A stretch of 64,000 nucleotides of DNA from Clostridia bacterium (lineage in GTDB: Bacteria > Bacillota > Clostridia > Christensenellales > Borkfalkiaceae), in NCBI GenBank assembly GCA_017887095.1, contig JAGHIT010000048.1, forward strand, positions 9,253 to 73,252, written 5' to 3'. Positions within the stretch are counted from its first letter, which is position 1; the number at the start of each line of letters is the position of its first letter. The notes below the pieces were generated by a model that worked only from the letters and a program-made list of their open reading frames with translations, made no database searches and had not been told where the DNA came from. The position numbers were made by a program, and so were the translations under genes. This document shows positions 19,528-31,173 of the stretch, in pieces.

Positions 19528-19538
19528 CGAGCCGTTTC

Positions 19539-19759
19539 TTCAAAAAATTTCGTGATAAATCACTCGCGCAAGCAGGGTTTCCCTGCGCCCGCGCCCCACA
19601 TTTGCGCACCCCTGCGCTCATGCGGAAAGAGTGAGGCGATGCATATCAATGTTGCGAAAAGGCGTCGCCGAGAGAAAACACACGGTCAGCCGAATGGCGC
19701 GCCCGTGGGTTGTCTCTCAGAATCACGGAAATTTTTTGTCAGTTCAAAAAATTTCGTGA
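19539..19759 (+). repeat. Repeat set in the groES-groEL spacer: 17-bp direct repeat TTCAAAAAATTTCGTGA x2 plus one inverted copy
   Basis: The direct copies are at 19539..19555 and 19743..19759. The inverted copy, TCACGGAAATTTTTTG, is at 19723..19738. All were read directly from the sequence. Confidence 0.85.
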
Positions 19760-19769
19760 ATTATAATAA

Positions 19770-21410
<1,641 letters not shown>

Positions 21411-21424
21411 TAACCGATAAAAAA

Positions 21425-21451
21425 GGACCTGCTTCGGCAGGTTCTTTTTTT
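21425..21451 (+). terminator. Intrinsic terminator after groEL
   Basis: The hairpin is GGACCTGC-ttcg-GCAGGTTC, followed by TTTTTTT. Confidence 0.85.
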
Positions 21452-21572
21452 GTTCCTCATGCGGCTGCCGCGACGATTTATCCGGTCATTCTGTACCGAT
21501 AAAAAACAACATCCGTTGCATATGATCCCCTTTTGACTTGATATTTTTGCAAATTTTTTGTATACTTCCGAT

Positions 21573-22028
21573 ATGATTCTCCGTCGCTATCAGTCATCCG
21601 ATTGCCAAAAACTCATCGAACTTTTCCGGGAGACCGTTCATACGATCAACCGCAACGACTATACCCGCGTACAATGCGACGCTTGGGCGCCTGCCGATAT
21701 CGATGTCGGTCAATGGGATTTGCGGCTATCCGCGCACCTGACGCTTGTCGCCGTTGAAAACGGCACCGTCGTCGGATTTGCCGACATGGACGAAACAGGA
21801 TATCTTGACCATCTTTATATTCGTGCCGGGTGTCAACGGCGTGGCATTGCGACTGCGCTCTGCGATGCGCTGGAATCGGCGATCCGGAAAAATGTTTACA
21901 CAACGCACGCTTCGATCACGGCTCTACCCTTCTTTGAGGATCGAGGATACACGGTTGTCAAAGAACAGCATGTGGAAAGATGCGGCATCGTGCTCAAAAA
22001 TTTTCTCATGGAAAAACGCGCTCCGTAA
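21573..22028 (+). CDS. GNAT-family N-acetyltransferase
   Basis: QRRGIATAL is the acetyl-CoA motif A. Of the ~151 aa, the start at ATG 21573 is preferred over the TTG at 21558. Confidence 0.8.
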   Translation: MILRRYQSSDCQKLIELFRETVHTINRNDYTRVQCDAWAPADIDVGQWDLRLSAHLTLVAVENGTVVGFADMDETGYLDHLYIRAGCQRRGIATALCDALESAIRKNVYTTHASITALPFFEDRGYTVVKEQHVERCGIVLKNFLMEKRAP

Positions 22029-22040
22029 CGGAACGCGTTT
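22014..22040 (+). terminator. Weak hairpin overlapping the GNAT stop codon
   Basis: AACGCGCTCCG-taa-CGGAACGCGTT has one mismatch, followed by TCGAATTT. Confidence 0.4.
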
Positions 22041-22089
22041 CGAATTTCCGACTGATATTTTAACCATCTCTTGACAATCTATTGACAAT

Positions 22090-22887
22090 CTATTTTATAT
22101 AAGGGCGCACCGGGACGACGGTGGCGACCGTCTCCTGCAAAATGCGGAAATTCTTTTGATTGTTGGCGGCAAGCAGAATGACGGGAGAATCGTGACGAAG
22201 CCGTTCATTCGGCAATGTGCCGACAACTCCGCCCGCCTCACGGACGACGACCGCAGCTGCCGACCAGTCCCAGGGAAAAAGTCTGATCTCAAAATACAGT
22301 TCCGCCCTGCCCGCCGCAAGATAGCACAACTCCAGTGACGCCGTCCCTATCCTGCGGAAATCATCGCACCGCGGATAGATACGTCGCAGCACCTCCATGC
22401 ACTGCGGCGCAAGCTTTTTATCGTACACGCTGAACGCGGTAAAAAAGAGGGAATGTTGAAAATCGCGATCGGAAACATGCAATCGTATGTCGTTCCAATA
22501 GGCGCCATTCCCTTTGACGGCAGAAAACATATCCTTGGTAAATGGATTATAGACGACGCCCAGAACCTCCTCGCCGTCCTCTACCAGCGCGACGGAGATC
22601 GCCGAAAGTCGCATGCCCCGCACAAAATTGGACGTCCCGTCGATAGGATCGACCACCCACATTAACGCCTCATTCGCCTCAGATTCCGTCTCCTCGCCCA
22701 GAAACACCGCCTGCGGCAGAAGCTCGCCCAGTTTTTCCTTCAGCATTTCCTGCACGGCGGTGTCGGACGTCGTCACAAGATTGGACGCCGTCCCTTTCTC
22801 TGCGACTGTAAATGCCCGATTCATAATCGGTTCGCAGGAACAAACGATTTCTTTGACCTGCTGTAAAAATACCCGTGAAATATCCAT
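22090..22887 (-). CDS. suhB: Inositol monophosphatase family protein
   Basis: WVVDPIDGTSNF and the WDWSAA motifs are present. The start is the ATG at 22887, preceded by GAGGTG. Confidence 0.88.
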   Translation of the reverse strand: MDISRVFLQQVKEIVCSCEPIMNRAFTVAEKGTASNLVTTSDTAVQEMLKEKLGELLPQAVFLGEETESEANEALMWVVDPIDGTSNFVRGMRLSAISVALVEDGEEVLGVVYNPFTKDMFSAVKGNGAYWNDIRLHVSDRDFQHSLFFTAFSVYDKKLAPQCMEVLRRIYPRCDDFRRIGTASLELCYLAAGRAELYFEIRLFPWDWSAAAVVVREAGGVVGTLPNERLRHDSPVILLAANNQKNFRILQETVATVVPVRPYIK

Positions 22888-22938
22888 AATATTGCACCTC
22901 AAAAAAAGACAAGCCGAGGCTTGTCTTTCTGATTTTAT

Positions 22939-24270
22939 TTACTTCTTGCCAAGCATTCTACGAATGAAAGGCGGCAGTTTATTGTCGTGATCGTCCTCTG
23001 CTTCGTAATCGGGATCGGGATCCTCCGTGACGGGCGCTACCGGCGGCACAATATCACGCATGGGCGTCACAGAAGGCTGAGGCTGTACAGGTGCCGGTGC
23101 GGGATTATAGTACGGCGTGGGATTGTAAGCAGGCGCAGCCTGATAAGGATTATTGATCTGTTGCCCGTAAGGATTGACAGGCGTCGGCTGCGGCGCAGGC
23201 TGAGGAGGCACGGTCATCGTTACTCTCTGTGCGGGCGCAGAAGGTTCGGAACTTCCCGCAGGCGGGAAGCCCGTCGCAATGACGGTGACCTCGACTTCAT
23301 CCTGCACACTCTCATCGATGCACGCACCGAAGATGATGTTAGCAGAGTAATCGACAACTCCGTGAATAAGATTTGCCGCCTTTGTAACTTCGTCCAATGT
23401 CAGATCGGGACCGCCGACAATATTGAGAACGACGCCGGTAGCTCCCTCGATCGTCGTCTCCAACAGGGGCGAATTCACGGCGAGACGAACGGCATCGATA
23501 ATGCGGTTCTCGCCTTTTGCTACGCCGACGCCCATGTGCGCCAGTCCCCTGTCCTTCAGCGTTGTTCTGACATCCGCAAAATCGAGGTTGATAAGCGCAG
23601 GCGTAACGATCAAATCGGCAATACCGCGGATACCCTGCTTTAAAACCTCGTCCGCAACTCGAAGCGCATCCGTCATCGTCGCATTCTTGGGAACAACTTC
23701 ACGGATCTTTTCGTTGGGAATAATGATGATGGTGTCAACGTATTTTCTCAGGTTATCGATACCTTTGATTGCGTTATCCATTCTGCGCTTGCCCTCAAAT
23801 TCAAAGGGTTTCGTGACAACGGCAACGGTCAGGATCTTCTTATCCTTTGCAATCTTTGCGATAACAGGCGCTGCGCCGGTACCCGTACCGCCGCCCATGC
23901 CCGCAGTAATAAACAGGAGATCTACTCCTTCAACTGCCTTTGCCAGCGCTTCTTTACTCTCCTCGGCTGCTTCCCTGCCGATCTCAGGTTCCGCGCCCGC
24001 GCCAAGCCCTTTGGTCCGCTGTGCGCCGATCTGTATCTTCTTCTGCGCCTTATTGCATGCAAGAATCTGCGCATCGGTATTAACAGCAACATAGTCTGCG
24101 CTCGTGATACCCGCATCGATCATGCGGTTGACAGCATTATTCCCGGCTCCGCCGACACCGACAACGCAAATCTTGGCAACGCCGCTATTGACAAGACCGT
24201 TAGGAAGAACCGTATTTTCTCTCGATACCCCGTCTTCTCTTCCGACAAAGGGAATATTATCGTTGAACAT
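22939..24270 (-). CDS. ftsZ: Cell division protein FtsZ
   Basis: GVGGAGNNAVNRM, GMGGGTGTGAAPV, a long Pro/Gln-rich linker and the C-terminal LPPFIRR peptide are present. Confidence 0.97.
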   Translation of the reverse strand: MFNDNIPFVGREDGVSRENTVLPNGLVNSGVAKICVVGVGGAGNNAVNRMIDAGITSADYVAVNTDAQILACNKAQKKIQIGAQRTKGLGAGAEPEIGREAAEESKEALAKAVEGVDLLFITAGMGGGTGTGAAPVIAKIAKDKKILTVAVVTKPFEFEGKRRMDNAIKGIDNLRKYVDTIIIIPNEKIREVVPKNATMTDALRVADEVLKQGIRGIADLIVTPALINLDFADVRTTLKDRGLAHMGVGVAKGENRIIDAVRLAVNSPLLETTIEGATGVVLNIVGGPDLTLDEVTKAANLIHGVVDYSANIIFGACIDESVQDEVEVTVIATGFPPAGSSEPSAPAQRVTMTVPPQPAPQPTPVNPYGQQINNPYQAAPAYNPTPYYNPAPAPVQPQPSVTPMRDIVPPVAPVTEDPDPDYEAEDDHDNKLPPFIRRMLGKK

Positions 24271-24281
24271 TTTCAACCTTC

Positions 24282-25433
24282 TCAACCTCCGAATTTCTTA
24301 GCGAATTTATAGAAAAAACTTTGCTTCAGGTTATCTTCATACGCAAGATCGACAAGCGCGATCCGCGAACTCATTGCAGGCTTATTGTAATACGGAAGAT
24401 CGGGAGCAAGCTGTTCGCAAACACGGCTCACCCGCTTTGAAATATGCTCCAAAGCGCCGCGGATATCCGCCAATCCCTCTCCTGTTACATACAACGGCTT
24501 AAAATCCAGCTCTTTTCCCGAACACTCGTCCAAAAAAGAACCGATTTTTTCACAGATCTCGTCCAAACCTTCTTTCACCGCCTCAACAAACGCATCCATA
24601 TCGATCTCATGCGTCGTATTGCCTTCGCTGATCTCCATTTTGGCTCCGTTGCTTCTGGTAAAAAGGTTTGCCTTGGACAAAAGTGCAAGCGACGACTCAT
24701 ATGAAATGGAAAAACGCTGCATAACATGAACTGCGATCTGCCCCTTGCCGACAAAATAAGTCCTCTGCGCCAGGATCCCGTTTCCAAGCAACACACATAA
24801 AGACGTTGACATAAAACCGACGTCAAGAAAGAGCGCATATTCATCCCGCGTCTCGGACGGTATAAGATAGGTTGCCATTGCAAGCTGTGTAGGCAGGTAT
24901 CGAAGGGAAATCTGCATATCCGCGAAAATGTGCTCCATCAGCTTGGCGAAATAATCGCTGCAATAAAAATATGAGAGCACCCCGCTCAGCGATGTAGAAG
25001 AAAGCCCCACAGGATCGATCACACGGCGATCATCGGCCGTAACGTAGATCATACTTGTCGCACGGATAAAACGATATCCCTTGGGAGCTTTCTGTCCGCT
25101 GGCAAATAGCGCATCCAGTTCCCGCTGCCCGATCGTCCTGTTTTTGGGAAATCCGACAAGTTGCTCTTTGGGAACCACGCGGGTGAACGCTCCCGGAACG
25201 CCGACATACAATTCGCGGATCCGCTCTCCGCAAATCCGCTCCACAGCCGTAACCGATCCTACGATGGCATTCGCAAGCCCGGCCTCCTCCAAGAAGTGGT
25301 TTTCATCGTAGCCGTCATACTCCTCCGTATGAATCGCCTTGAAGACATACGTATTATTCACGCCTCGCTCCCCGACGATGACAGACACTTCCGATGAACG
25401 GATGTCCAGTACGGCTACGCTCTTCCGACCCAT
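24282..25433 (-). CDS. ftsA: Cell division protein FtsA (actin-like ATPase)
   Basis: It lies immediately upstream of ftsZ, has an actin-fold pattern, and ends in an amphipathic tail (FFYKFAKKFGG). Confidence 0.85.
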   Translation of the reverse strand: MGRKSVAVLDIRSSEVSVIVGERGVNNTYVFKAIHTEEYDGYDENHFLEEAGLANAIVGSVTAVERICGERIRELYVGVPGAFTRVVPKEQLVGFPKNRTIGQRELDALFASGQKAPKGYRFIRATSMIYVTADDRRVIDPVGLSSTSLSGVLSYFYCSDYFAKLMEHIFADMQISLRYLPTQLAMATYLIPSETRDEYALFLDVGFMSTSLCVLLGNGILAQRTYFVGKGQIAVHVMQRFSISYESSLALLSKANLFTRSNGAKMEISEGNTTHEIDMDAFVEAVKEGLDEICEKIGSFLDECSGKELDFKPLYVTGEGLADIRGALEHISKRVSRVCEQLAPDLPYYNKPAMSSRIALVDLAYEDNLKQSFFYKFAKKFGG

Positions 25434-25483
25434 AAGAACTCTGCTTGCAACTCCTTTTTCCGACCATACAGGCTTATAATACT

Positions 25484-25512
25484 ATTATATACGTCAACAG
25501 GAAAGTTGTCAA
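25484..25512 (-). promoter_or_regulatory. Consensus sigma-A promoter TTGACA-17-TATAAT upstream of ftsA-ftsZ
   Basis: The minus strand reads TTGACAactttcctgttgacgtaTATAAT. The complements lie at 25507..25512 and 25484..25489. Confidence 0.7.
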
Positions 25513-25574
25513 GAAATTGAGGGCATTTTTCATGCATTTTACAGTCCGAAAAAAGCTCCGGCAAAATAGTTTAC

Positions 25575-25602
25575 ACAAAAATACGCGCCCCGGGAAGGCG
25601 CG
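25575..25602 (-). terminator. Hairpin terminator after ftsQ
   Basis: On the minus strand, a CGCGCC...GGCGCG stem is followed by TATTTTTG. Confidence 0.55.
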
Positions 25603-25609
25603 CATTCAT

Positions 25610-26371
25610 TCATTTTTCCGAAAAATATTCGGCATTCATTTCACCCGTCGCACTCACCGCCTGCACCACGATGCTGCCGCGAACACGCTCCGTTTCAGTC
25701 AGTTCCAGATACTTTTGAACAGCGGCATCCCCCGCCTCGGCGGGACGTTCGGAAGGATTCCAGATCACAATTTCCACGCCTTCGACGGTCTGAATACAAA
25801 ATTGATCGAACCGCGATGAAGCACCGCTGTCAACAAGGGAAATGCTGAGAAGATTTGCGCGAGGTTCCCCAAGCGCCTGCAAAAACGAAGAGTACATGAC
25901 CAGCAATTCATTGACATAGCCGCCTGCCGCTCGTCTGTCCACAAAACTGACGGAAAAATCCCCCTTCAACTCAATATACGACTCCGCCGAAGAGACCTCA
26001 TCGATCCGGACTCCGTCGTTATCGACAAGCGCAAAGCCCTCTCCCGACGGCACTGCAAATGCAGCATAACGCTCTTCGATCTCCAGTGCGATTGCCGAAG
26101 GAAAATGCTTTTCTAACGATAAAACGCGAAACCTGGGATTGCTTTCCGCCGTCGCCCGCACTTCATCAAGATCAAGAAAAGTCGTACTGCTGCCAAGATA
26201 TGCATTCAATTCTTCTTTCAGCTGCTGTGCCGCACGATCTCCTTCCGGGGTATGCGTATAAAAAGACGCCTGCACATATGCGACCGTAAAAACGGCATGA
26301 AATCCTGCCGCAATCACTGCGGCAAGAAGCAAAATAGCGATCAAGGTTGTCAGGAACGCCCTTTGTCTCAT
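25610..26371 (-). CDS. ftsQ: Cell division protein FtsQ/DivIB
   Basis: An N-terminal TM segment is followed by a POTRA-like region. Its position between the mur genes and ftsA supports the call. Confidence 0.8.
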   Translation of the reverse strand: MRQRAFLTTLIAILLLAAVIAAGFHAVFTVAYVQASFYTHTPEGDRAAQQLKEELNAYLGSSTTFLDLDEVRATAESNPRFRVLSLEKHFPSAIALEIEERYAAFAVPSGEGFALVDNDGVRIDEVSSAESYIELKGDFSVSFVDRRAAGGYVNELLVMYSSFLQALGEPRANLLSISLVDSGASSRFDQFCIQTVEGVEIVIWNPSERPAEAGDAAVQKYLELTETERVRGSIVVQAVSATGEMNAEYFSEK

Positions 26372-26397
26372 GGTATCTCCCGTTTTTTCTCCTCAGT

Positions 26398-27654
26398 TCA
26401 GACACGTACGCGGCGAATTTCTGCCCCCAGTTTACGAAGTTTTCCGCTAAAATCCGCATAGCCTCTGTCAACATGCGACAGATCAAGTACCTCCGACACT
26501 CCCTCTGCGCCCAGCGCGGCCAGAACAAGCGCGGCTCCGCCCCGCAGATCGCCTGCCATAACACTTGCCCCGTGCAGACGTTTCACACCGCGCACAAAAG
26601 CAGTTCTCCCTTTGACTTCAATGTCCGCTCCCATTTTCTGCAACTCCGGAACGTACTTGAACCGCGTTTCGAACAGATTTTCCACGATAAGCGCACAGCC
26701 TTCACAGGAAGCATTGAGCGCCGTCGCCTGTGCCTGCAGATCGGTCGGAAATCCGGGGAAAGGCATCGTCTCAATGCGGCGATTGCATCTGAGTCTTCCG
26801 TAACTTTCTATGCATATTTTATCATTTTTTATATGTATTTTGCAACCGTTTTCGCGCAGTTTATGCAAAAGCAGACGAATATTCTCCGGCGCGACGCCGA
26901 CAACCTCCACTTCGCCGCCGCAGACCGCTGCTGCAAACAAATATGTACCCGCTTCGATCCTGTCTCTGATCGGACGATATGTCACGCCATGCAGTTCTCG
27001 GACGCCCTCGATTTCTATGACATCGGTTCCTGCGCCTGCAATTTTAGCCCCCATCGCATTGAGAAAATTCTGTAAATCAACGATCTCCGGTTCCTTCGCA
27101 GCTCCTGTCAGAACTGTTTTTCCTTCTGCTTTGACAGCTGCCAGCAAAATATTTTCTGTCGCACCCACGCTGGGAAAATCCAATAAGATCTCCGCGCCGC
27201 GCAGCCTGTCACACTCACAGAAAATAAAACCGTCCCGCTCGGAAATGGTCACACCGAGCCGTTTTAAGGCATTCAGATGCAAATCAATGGGTCTTAACCC
27301 GATATCGCATCCACCGGGATAAGCGATCAACGCACGACGAAACCTGGTCAAAAGCGAACCGAGCATAAAGACGGAAGAGCGCAGCTCTTTTGTCAAAACA
27401 GACGAAATCTCATGACAGTATGCGTCCGCACTGTCTATCGTAACGTTTCCGTCCGCAAACCTGACCTCCGCCCCCAGTTCCCGCAGAATCTGCGCCATAC
27501 AGATCACATCGGTTATATTCGGCGCATCACGGATGACGACACGCTTCTCCGTCAATATGGACGCGGCAAACAGAGGGAGTACGGAATTCTTTGCCGATTG
27601 CAGCACAACGCTTCCGTTGAGCCGCTTTCCTCCGTCGATAACGTATTTATCCAT
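26398..27654 (-). CDS. murA: UDP-N-acetylglucosamine 1-carboxyvinyltransferase
   Basis: MDKYVIDGGKRLNGSV, and PGGCDIGLRPIDLH with the catalytic Cys. The start is the ATG at 27654 after GGAGAGG. The upstream 220 codons of the track ORF overlap ftsW out of frame. Confidence 0.93.
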   Translation of the reverse strand: MDKYVIDGGKRLNGSVVLQSAKNSVLPLFAASILTEKRVVIRDAPNITDVICMAQILRELGAEVRFADGNVTIDSADAYCHEISSVLTKELRSSVFMLGSLLTRFRRALIAYPGGCDIGLRPIDLHLNALKRLGVTISERDGFIFCECDRLRGAEILLDFPSVGATENILLAAVKAEGKTVLTGAAKEPEIVDLQNFLNAMGAKIAGAGTDVIEIEGVRELHGVTYRPIRDRIEAGTYLFAAAVCGGEVEVVGVAPENIRLLLHKLRENGCKIHIKNDKICIESYGRLRCNRRIETMPFPGFPTDLQAQATALNASCEGCALIVENLFETRFKYVPELQKMGADIEVKGRTAFVRGVKRLHGASVMAGDLRGGAALVLAALGAEGVSEVLDLSHVDRGYADFSGKLRKLGAEIRRVRV

Positions 27655-27722
27655 AAGTCCTCTCCTATCGTATTTCATGGAACGGGACCGTCCCGCTCCC
27701 ATACAGTACATTGTATGAACTT

Positions 27723-28862
27723 TTACGGTTGCGTGTGTCTGGACACGCCGTACACAATGCCCATCCCCGTCATTGTTACGATAAGAGAGGTATTCCCGGC
27801 AGATACAAGAGGGAGAGGCAGTCCCGTCGGCGGGATACATCCGCTCACGACGAGCGCGTTGAGCACGCTCTGTACGGCAAAAGCAAGCGTAATTCCGCCC
27901 GCGAGCAAAAATCCATAAATATTTCCGCTTCTGGCGGCAATCCGGAATCCGCGCCAAACGATAAACCCGATGAGCAAAAACAGAGCCGTTACACCGAAGA
28001 ACCCCGTTTCTTCCGCAATGACAGAGAGAATAAAATCGCTTTCGGCAAACGGAAGAAAACGATATTTCTGCCGCGAATTGAACAACCCGACGCCGAAAAA
28101 CCCGCCGTTGGAAAGTCCGTATAACGACTGTATGAGCTGATATCCTTCGTCCTTCGGCGATGCCCACGGATCCATGAACGCCGAGAGACGCTGCAGACGA
28201 TAAGGCTCGGCCAGAATCAGAACAGGGACCGCAAATAAAACGGGAATACAGATGACCGCGATTGCCTTTTTTGATATCCCCGCCAGAAACAGCATACCGA
28301 TCATGATCGCTCCGACACACATCGTAACGGACATATTCGGTTCAAGCATGATCAGTACGCAGATTGCAAGCCCTGCGCCCAGAACGGGAATGCATCCTTT
28401 GAGCGTACGCATGCGGGCCGGATCTTTGGCAAAGTACCCTGCCGTAAAGATAACAAAACCAAGCTTTGCGATCTCTGAAGGCTGGATTGTAAAAGATCCG
28501 AAACCGATCCAGCGGGTCGCACCGTAATTGCTCTTCCCCAGCCCGGGCACAAAAACCAATGCCAGCAAAATGAGCGATAGGATAAGCGACGGTATCCTGA
28601 TGCGGCGCAGCTTTTCGTACGGCAAAAAACTTATTCCTATCATTCCCGCCGTGCCAAGCAGAAAACCGATCAGCTGCTTGCGAAAAAAATACATTGAGTC
28701 GCCATATTGCAGCTCGGCATTATAATAACTGGCCGACCAAACACAGATCACCCCGTATGCAGCAAGCACAAGGATCGCCGCCAGAAATATAAGATCTCCT
28801 TTACTCGCCTCGCTCTTGCGTCGCTTTGTCACAAGCATCCTCCGCAGGACGGAGCGCCGCAC
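27723..28862 (-). CDS. ftsW: SEDS-family peptidoglycan glycosyltransferase FtsW/SpoVE
   Basis: About 10 TM segments, with the PESDFI-like AESDFILSVIAEE and GLPLPLVSAGNTSL motifs. The start is uncertain (GTG 28862 or ATG 28838). Confidence 0.9.
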   Translation of the reverse strand: MRRSVLRRMLVTKRRKSEASKGDLIFLAAILVLAAYGVICVWSASYYNAELQYGDSMYFFRKQLIGFLLGTAGMIGISFLPYEKLRRIRIPSLILSLILLALVFVPGLGKSNYGATRWIGFGSFTIQPSEIAKLGFVIFTAGYFAKDPARMRTLKGCIPVLGAGLAICVLIMLEPNMSVTMCVGAIMIGMLFLAGISKKAIAVICIPVLFAVPVLILAEPYRLQRLSAFMDPWASPKDEGYQLIQSLYGLSNGGFFGVGLFNSRQKYRFLPFAESDFILSVIAEETGFFGVTALFLLIGFIVWRGFRIAARSGNIYGFLLAGGITLAFAVQSVLNALVVSGCIPPTGLPLPLVSAGNTSLIVTMTGMGIVYGVSRHTQP

Positions 28863-30213
28863 GTTCCGCCTTCAGTTCCTCCATGATCGCCGCAAAACGA
28901 TCTCCCCGCTCCTCATAACTTTTGAACGCATCAAAGCTTGCGGACGCCGGACTCAGCAGCACATTTTGCCCCTTTTGCGCCGTTAAAAAAGCAACCCTCA
29001 CCGCCAGATCAAAAGGCCGGCAAAGCGTCACCTGCGTAAACCCTTCTTTTACCGCAAAATCCAGAAGGCGAAATGCATTTTCTCCGCAAAGCACTGCATG
29101 CACAACTCCAGACCGCCGGATTGCGGCAAAAAGAGGTGCATACGAATAACCTTTGTCCTTTCCGCCGAGAATGAGAACACTTTCCCCTTTTACGCTCTCA
29201 ATTGCCTTGATCGCCGCATCGACATTGGTTGCTTTACTGTCATCCAAAAAAGTAATACCGTCCACTTCGCCCAATTTCTGCAAACGATGCTTGATTCCTT
29301 TGAATGTTTTGAGTGCAGCGGCTATATAAGCTCCGTTCACCCCCATCAGCTTGCAGGCACAGACTGCAGCAAGGGCATTTGCCTCATTATGTTTTCCCTC
29401 AAGCGGAAGATCGGCAAGGGATACAAGTTTTTCTTCCCGCCACCAGACAGTACCGTCCCGTATGTAAGCTCCGTCTACACGATCTTCGGTTGAAAACCAT
29501 ACAACCCGTGCACGCGTTTTTTCTGCAAAAGAACGGATCACGTCATCGTCGCGGTTTAAAACCACATATTCGCTTTCCGCACAGTTTTTCATCAAGCGCT
29601 GCTTGAGATAGATATAGTTTTCCATCGTGTAATGACGGTTAAGATGATCTTGCGCAATATTAAGAAAAACTGCGACATGCGGTCGAAGCGATGTAAGCGT
29701 TTCAAGCTGAAAAGACGATATCTCAGCAACAGCGATCCCGTCGTCCCCCAGCTCCCCCAAGCAGTCTGCCAGAGGGCGTCCGACGTTTCCGCAGGCAACG
29801 GCACGCTGATGACAGGCGTTGAAAATATGTTCGATCATTGAGACGGTCGTCGTTTTTCCGTTTGTTCCGGTTACTGCAACGACCGGACAACGCATTTCGC
29901 GTGCTGCGAGTTCCGCTTCCCCAACGATGGCTTTGCCCTCCTTCCGAAAAAGCACCGGGAGCGCATGGTCAATGGGAATACCGGGGCTGAGGACAAGCAC
30001 ATCGCACTCTGCCGCACTTGCCGTCAATTCTTCCTTTGCAACAGAGCGACAGCCAAGCTGCTCAAGATGTGCAATGTTTTTGCGAACACCTTCGTCCGAA
30101 ACGTCATCATACAAGTATACGGCACGGGCGTGCCGCGCAACAAGCAATTCTGCGGCAGCCACTCCGGAACGAGACAGTCCGGCAACAAGAAATGTTTGAG
30201 TCGGATAATACAT
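28801..30213 (-). CDS. murD: UDP-N-acetylmuramoylalanine--D-glutamate ligase
   Basis: VAVTGTNGKTTT is present, the architecture is Mur-ligase-like, and the gene sits between mraY and ftsW. Confidence 0.92.
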   Translation of the reverse strand: MYYPTQTFLVAGLSRSGVAAAELLVARHARAVYLYDDVSDEGVRKNIAHLEQLGCRSVAKEELTASAAECDVLVLSPGIPIDHALPVLFRKEGKAIVGEAELAAREMRCPVVAVTGTNGKTTTVSMIEHIFNACHQRAVACGNVGRPLADCLGELGDDGIAVAEISSFQLETLTSLRPHVAVFLNIAQDHLNRHYTMENYIYLKQRLMKNCAESEYVVLNRDDDVIRSFAEKTRARVVWFSTEDRVDGAYIRDGTVWWREEKLVSLADLPLEGKHNEANALAAVCACKLMGVNGAYIAAALKTFKGIKHRLQKLGEVDGITFLDDSKATNVDAAIKAIESVKGESVLILGGKDKGYSYAPLFAAIRRSGVVHAVLCGENAFRLLDFAVKEGFTQVTLCRPFDLAVRVAFLTAQKGQNVLLSPASASFDAFKSYEERGDRFAAIMEELKAERAALRPAEDACDKATQERGE

Positions 30214-30222
30214 GCATCCTCC

Positions 30223-31173
30223 TTACGGGACAAGCGGGAGAAAGAGCGTCAGCGCCGCAACGGCTGTAACCACAGCATAGCAATAGGCGATTTTCCCTTC
30301 CGAATACCCCTTCATCTGAAAATGGTGATGGATGGGAGCCATGAGAAAAATCCGCCTTCCCGTTTTTTTGTAGTATATGACCTGAAGGATGACAGATATG
30401 CTCGAAAGGACAAACATTATGCCGAGAATAGGAATTAAAAGCGCATTCCCCGTAAAAAGCGCCGTTGCCGACGCAAATCCCCCGAGCGAGAGCGAACCGG
30501 TATCTCCCATAAACAGACTTGCTTTGCTCGTATTAAACACCAGGTATCCGCCCAGTGCGGCAAACAGACATAAACACAGGTCCGACAGCGCCCCGCTCCC
30601 CTGCACCATCAATAGTAGCGAAAGCGCCAAAAAAAATACAGAACACGTTCCTCCCGCAAGTCCGTCCAATCCATCCGTCAGATTAACGCCGTTGACCGTC
30701 GCCACAAATACAAAGATTCCAAGAGGACACATCCACCAGCCGATATCGTAAACAAGATCCGTATAAGGGATCCGCAGGATCGTCAGCCCTTCCAAACAGC
30801 AGAAAGTTGCTGCCATCGCCGCAACGGCGAGCTGAAAAATTATCTTCTGATAGGCACGAAGCCCCAAATTGTTACCGCGGCGCTTCTTGAGAAAATCGTC
30901 GAGAAATCCGACGACAAGATATCCCAATCCGACCGCAATCGTAACCCAAAACGGCTTGTCCGCCTCTTGCGAAAATATCAGCGAAACGGACACAGCCGCC
31001 GTGATAAACGCAAGCCCCCCCATCGTCGGAGTTCCCTCTTTCCCCGCGTGTTGCTTCACATAAGACAAAATATGCTGTCCCGATCCCGCCCTTTTCAGGA
31101 GCGGAATCGCAATCAGGCACAGAAAAAGGGATACTCCGAACGCGCAAAGGGTTTCCAGAATTAACAGCTGCAT
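30223..31173 (-). CDS. mraY: Phospho-N-acetylmuramoyl-pentapeptide transferase
   Basis: KEGTPTMGG, NLTDGLDGLA and MGDTGSLSLGG are present. Confidence 0.96.
   Translation of the reverse strand: MQLLILETLCAFGVSLFLCLIAIPLLKRAGSGQHILSYVKQHAGKEGTPTMGGLAFITAAVSVSLIFSQEADKPFWVTIAVGLGYLVVGFLDDFLKKRRGNNLGLRAYQKIIFQLAVAAMAATFCCLEGLTILRIPYTDLVYDIGWWMCPLGIFVFVATVNGVNLTDGLDGLAGGTCSVFFLALSLLLMVQGSGALSDLCLCLFAALGGYLVFNTSKASLFMGDTGSLSLGGFASATALFTGNALLIPILGIMFVLSSISVILQVIYYKKTGRRIFLMAPIHHHFQMKGYSEGKIAYCYAVVTAVAALTLFLPLVP

Noticed and set aside
22071-22092. A tandem 11-bp duplication, TTGACAATCTA x2, at the suhB 3' end.
   Set aside because: It has only two copies and no flanking structure. It overlaps the stop codon and is most simply a slippage duplication. 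It does contain two TTGACA hexamers, but no matching -10 follows.
26398-28320. A 640-aa ORF suggesting a MurA with a 220-aa N-terminal extension or fusion.
   Set aside because: The extension overlaps ftsW in another frame and is Arg/Cys-rich nonsense. A good RBS (GGAGAGG) precedes the internal ATG at 27654, which gives a normal 418-aa MurA.
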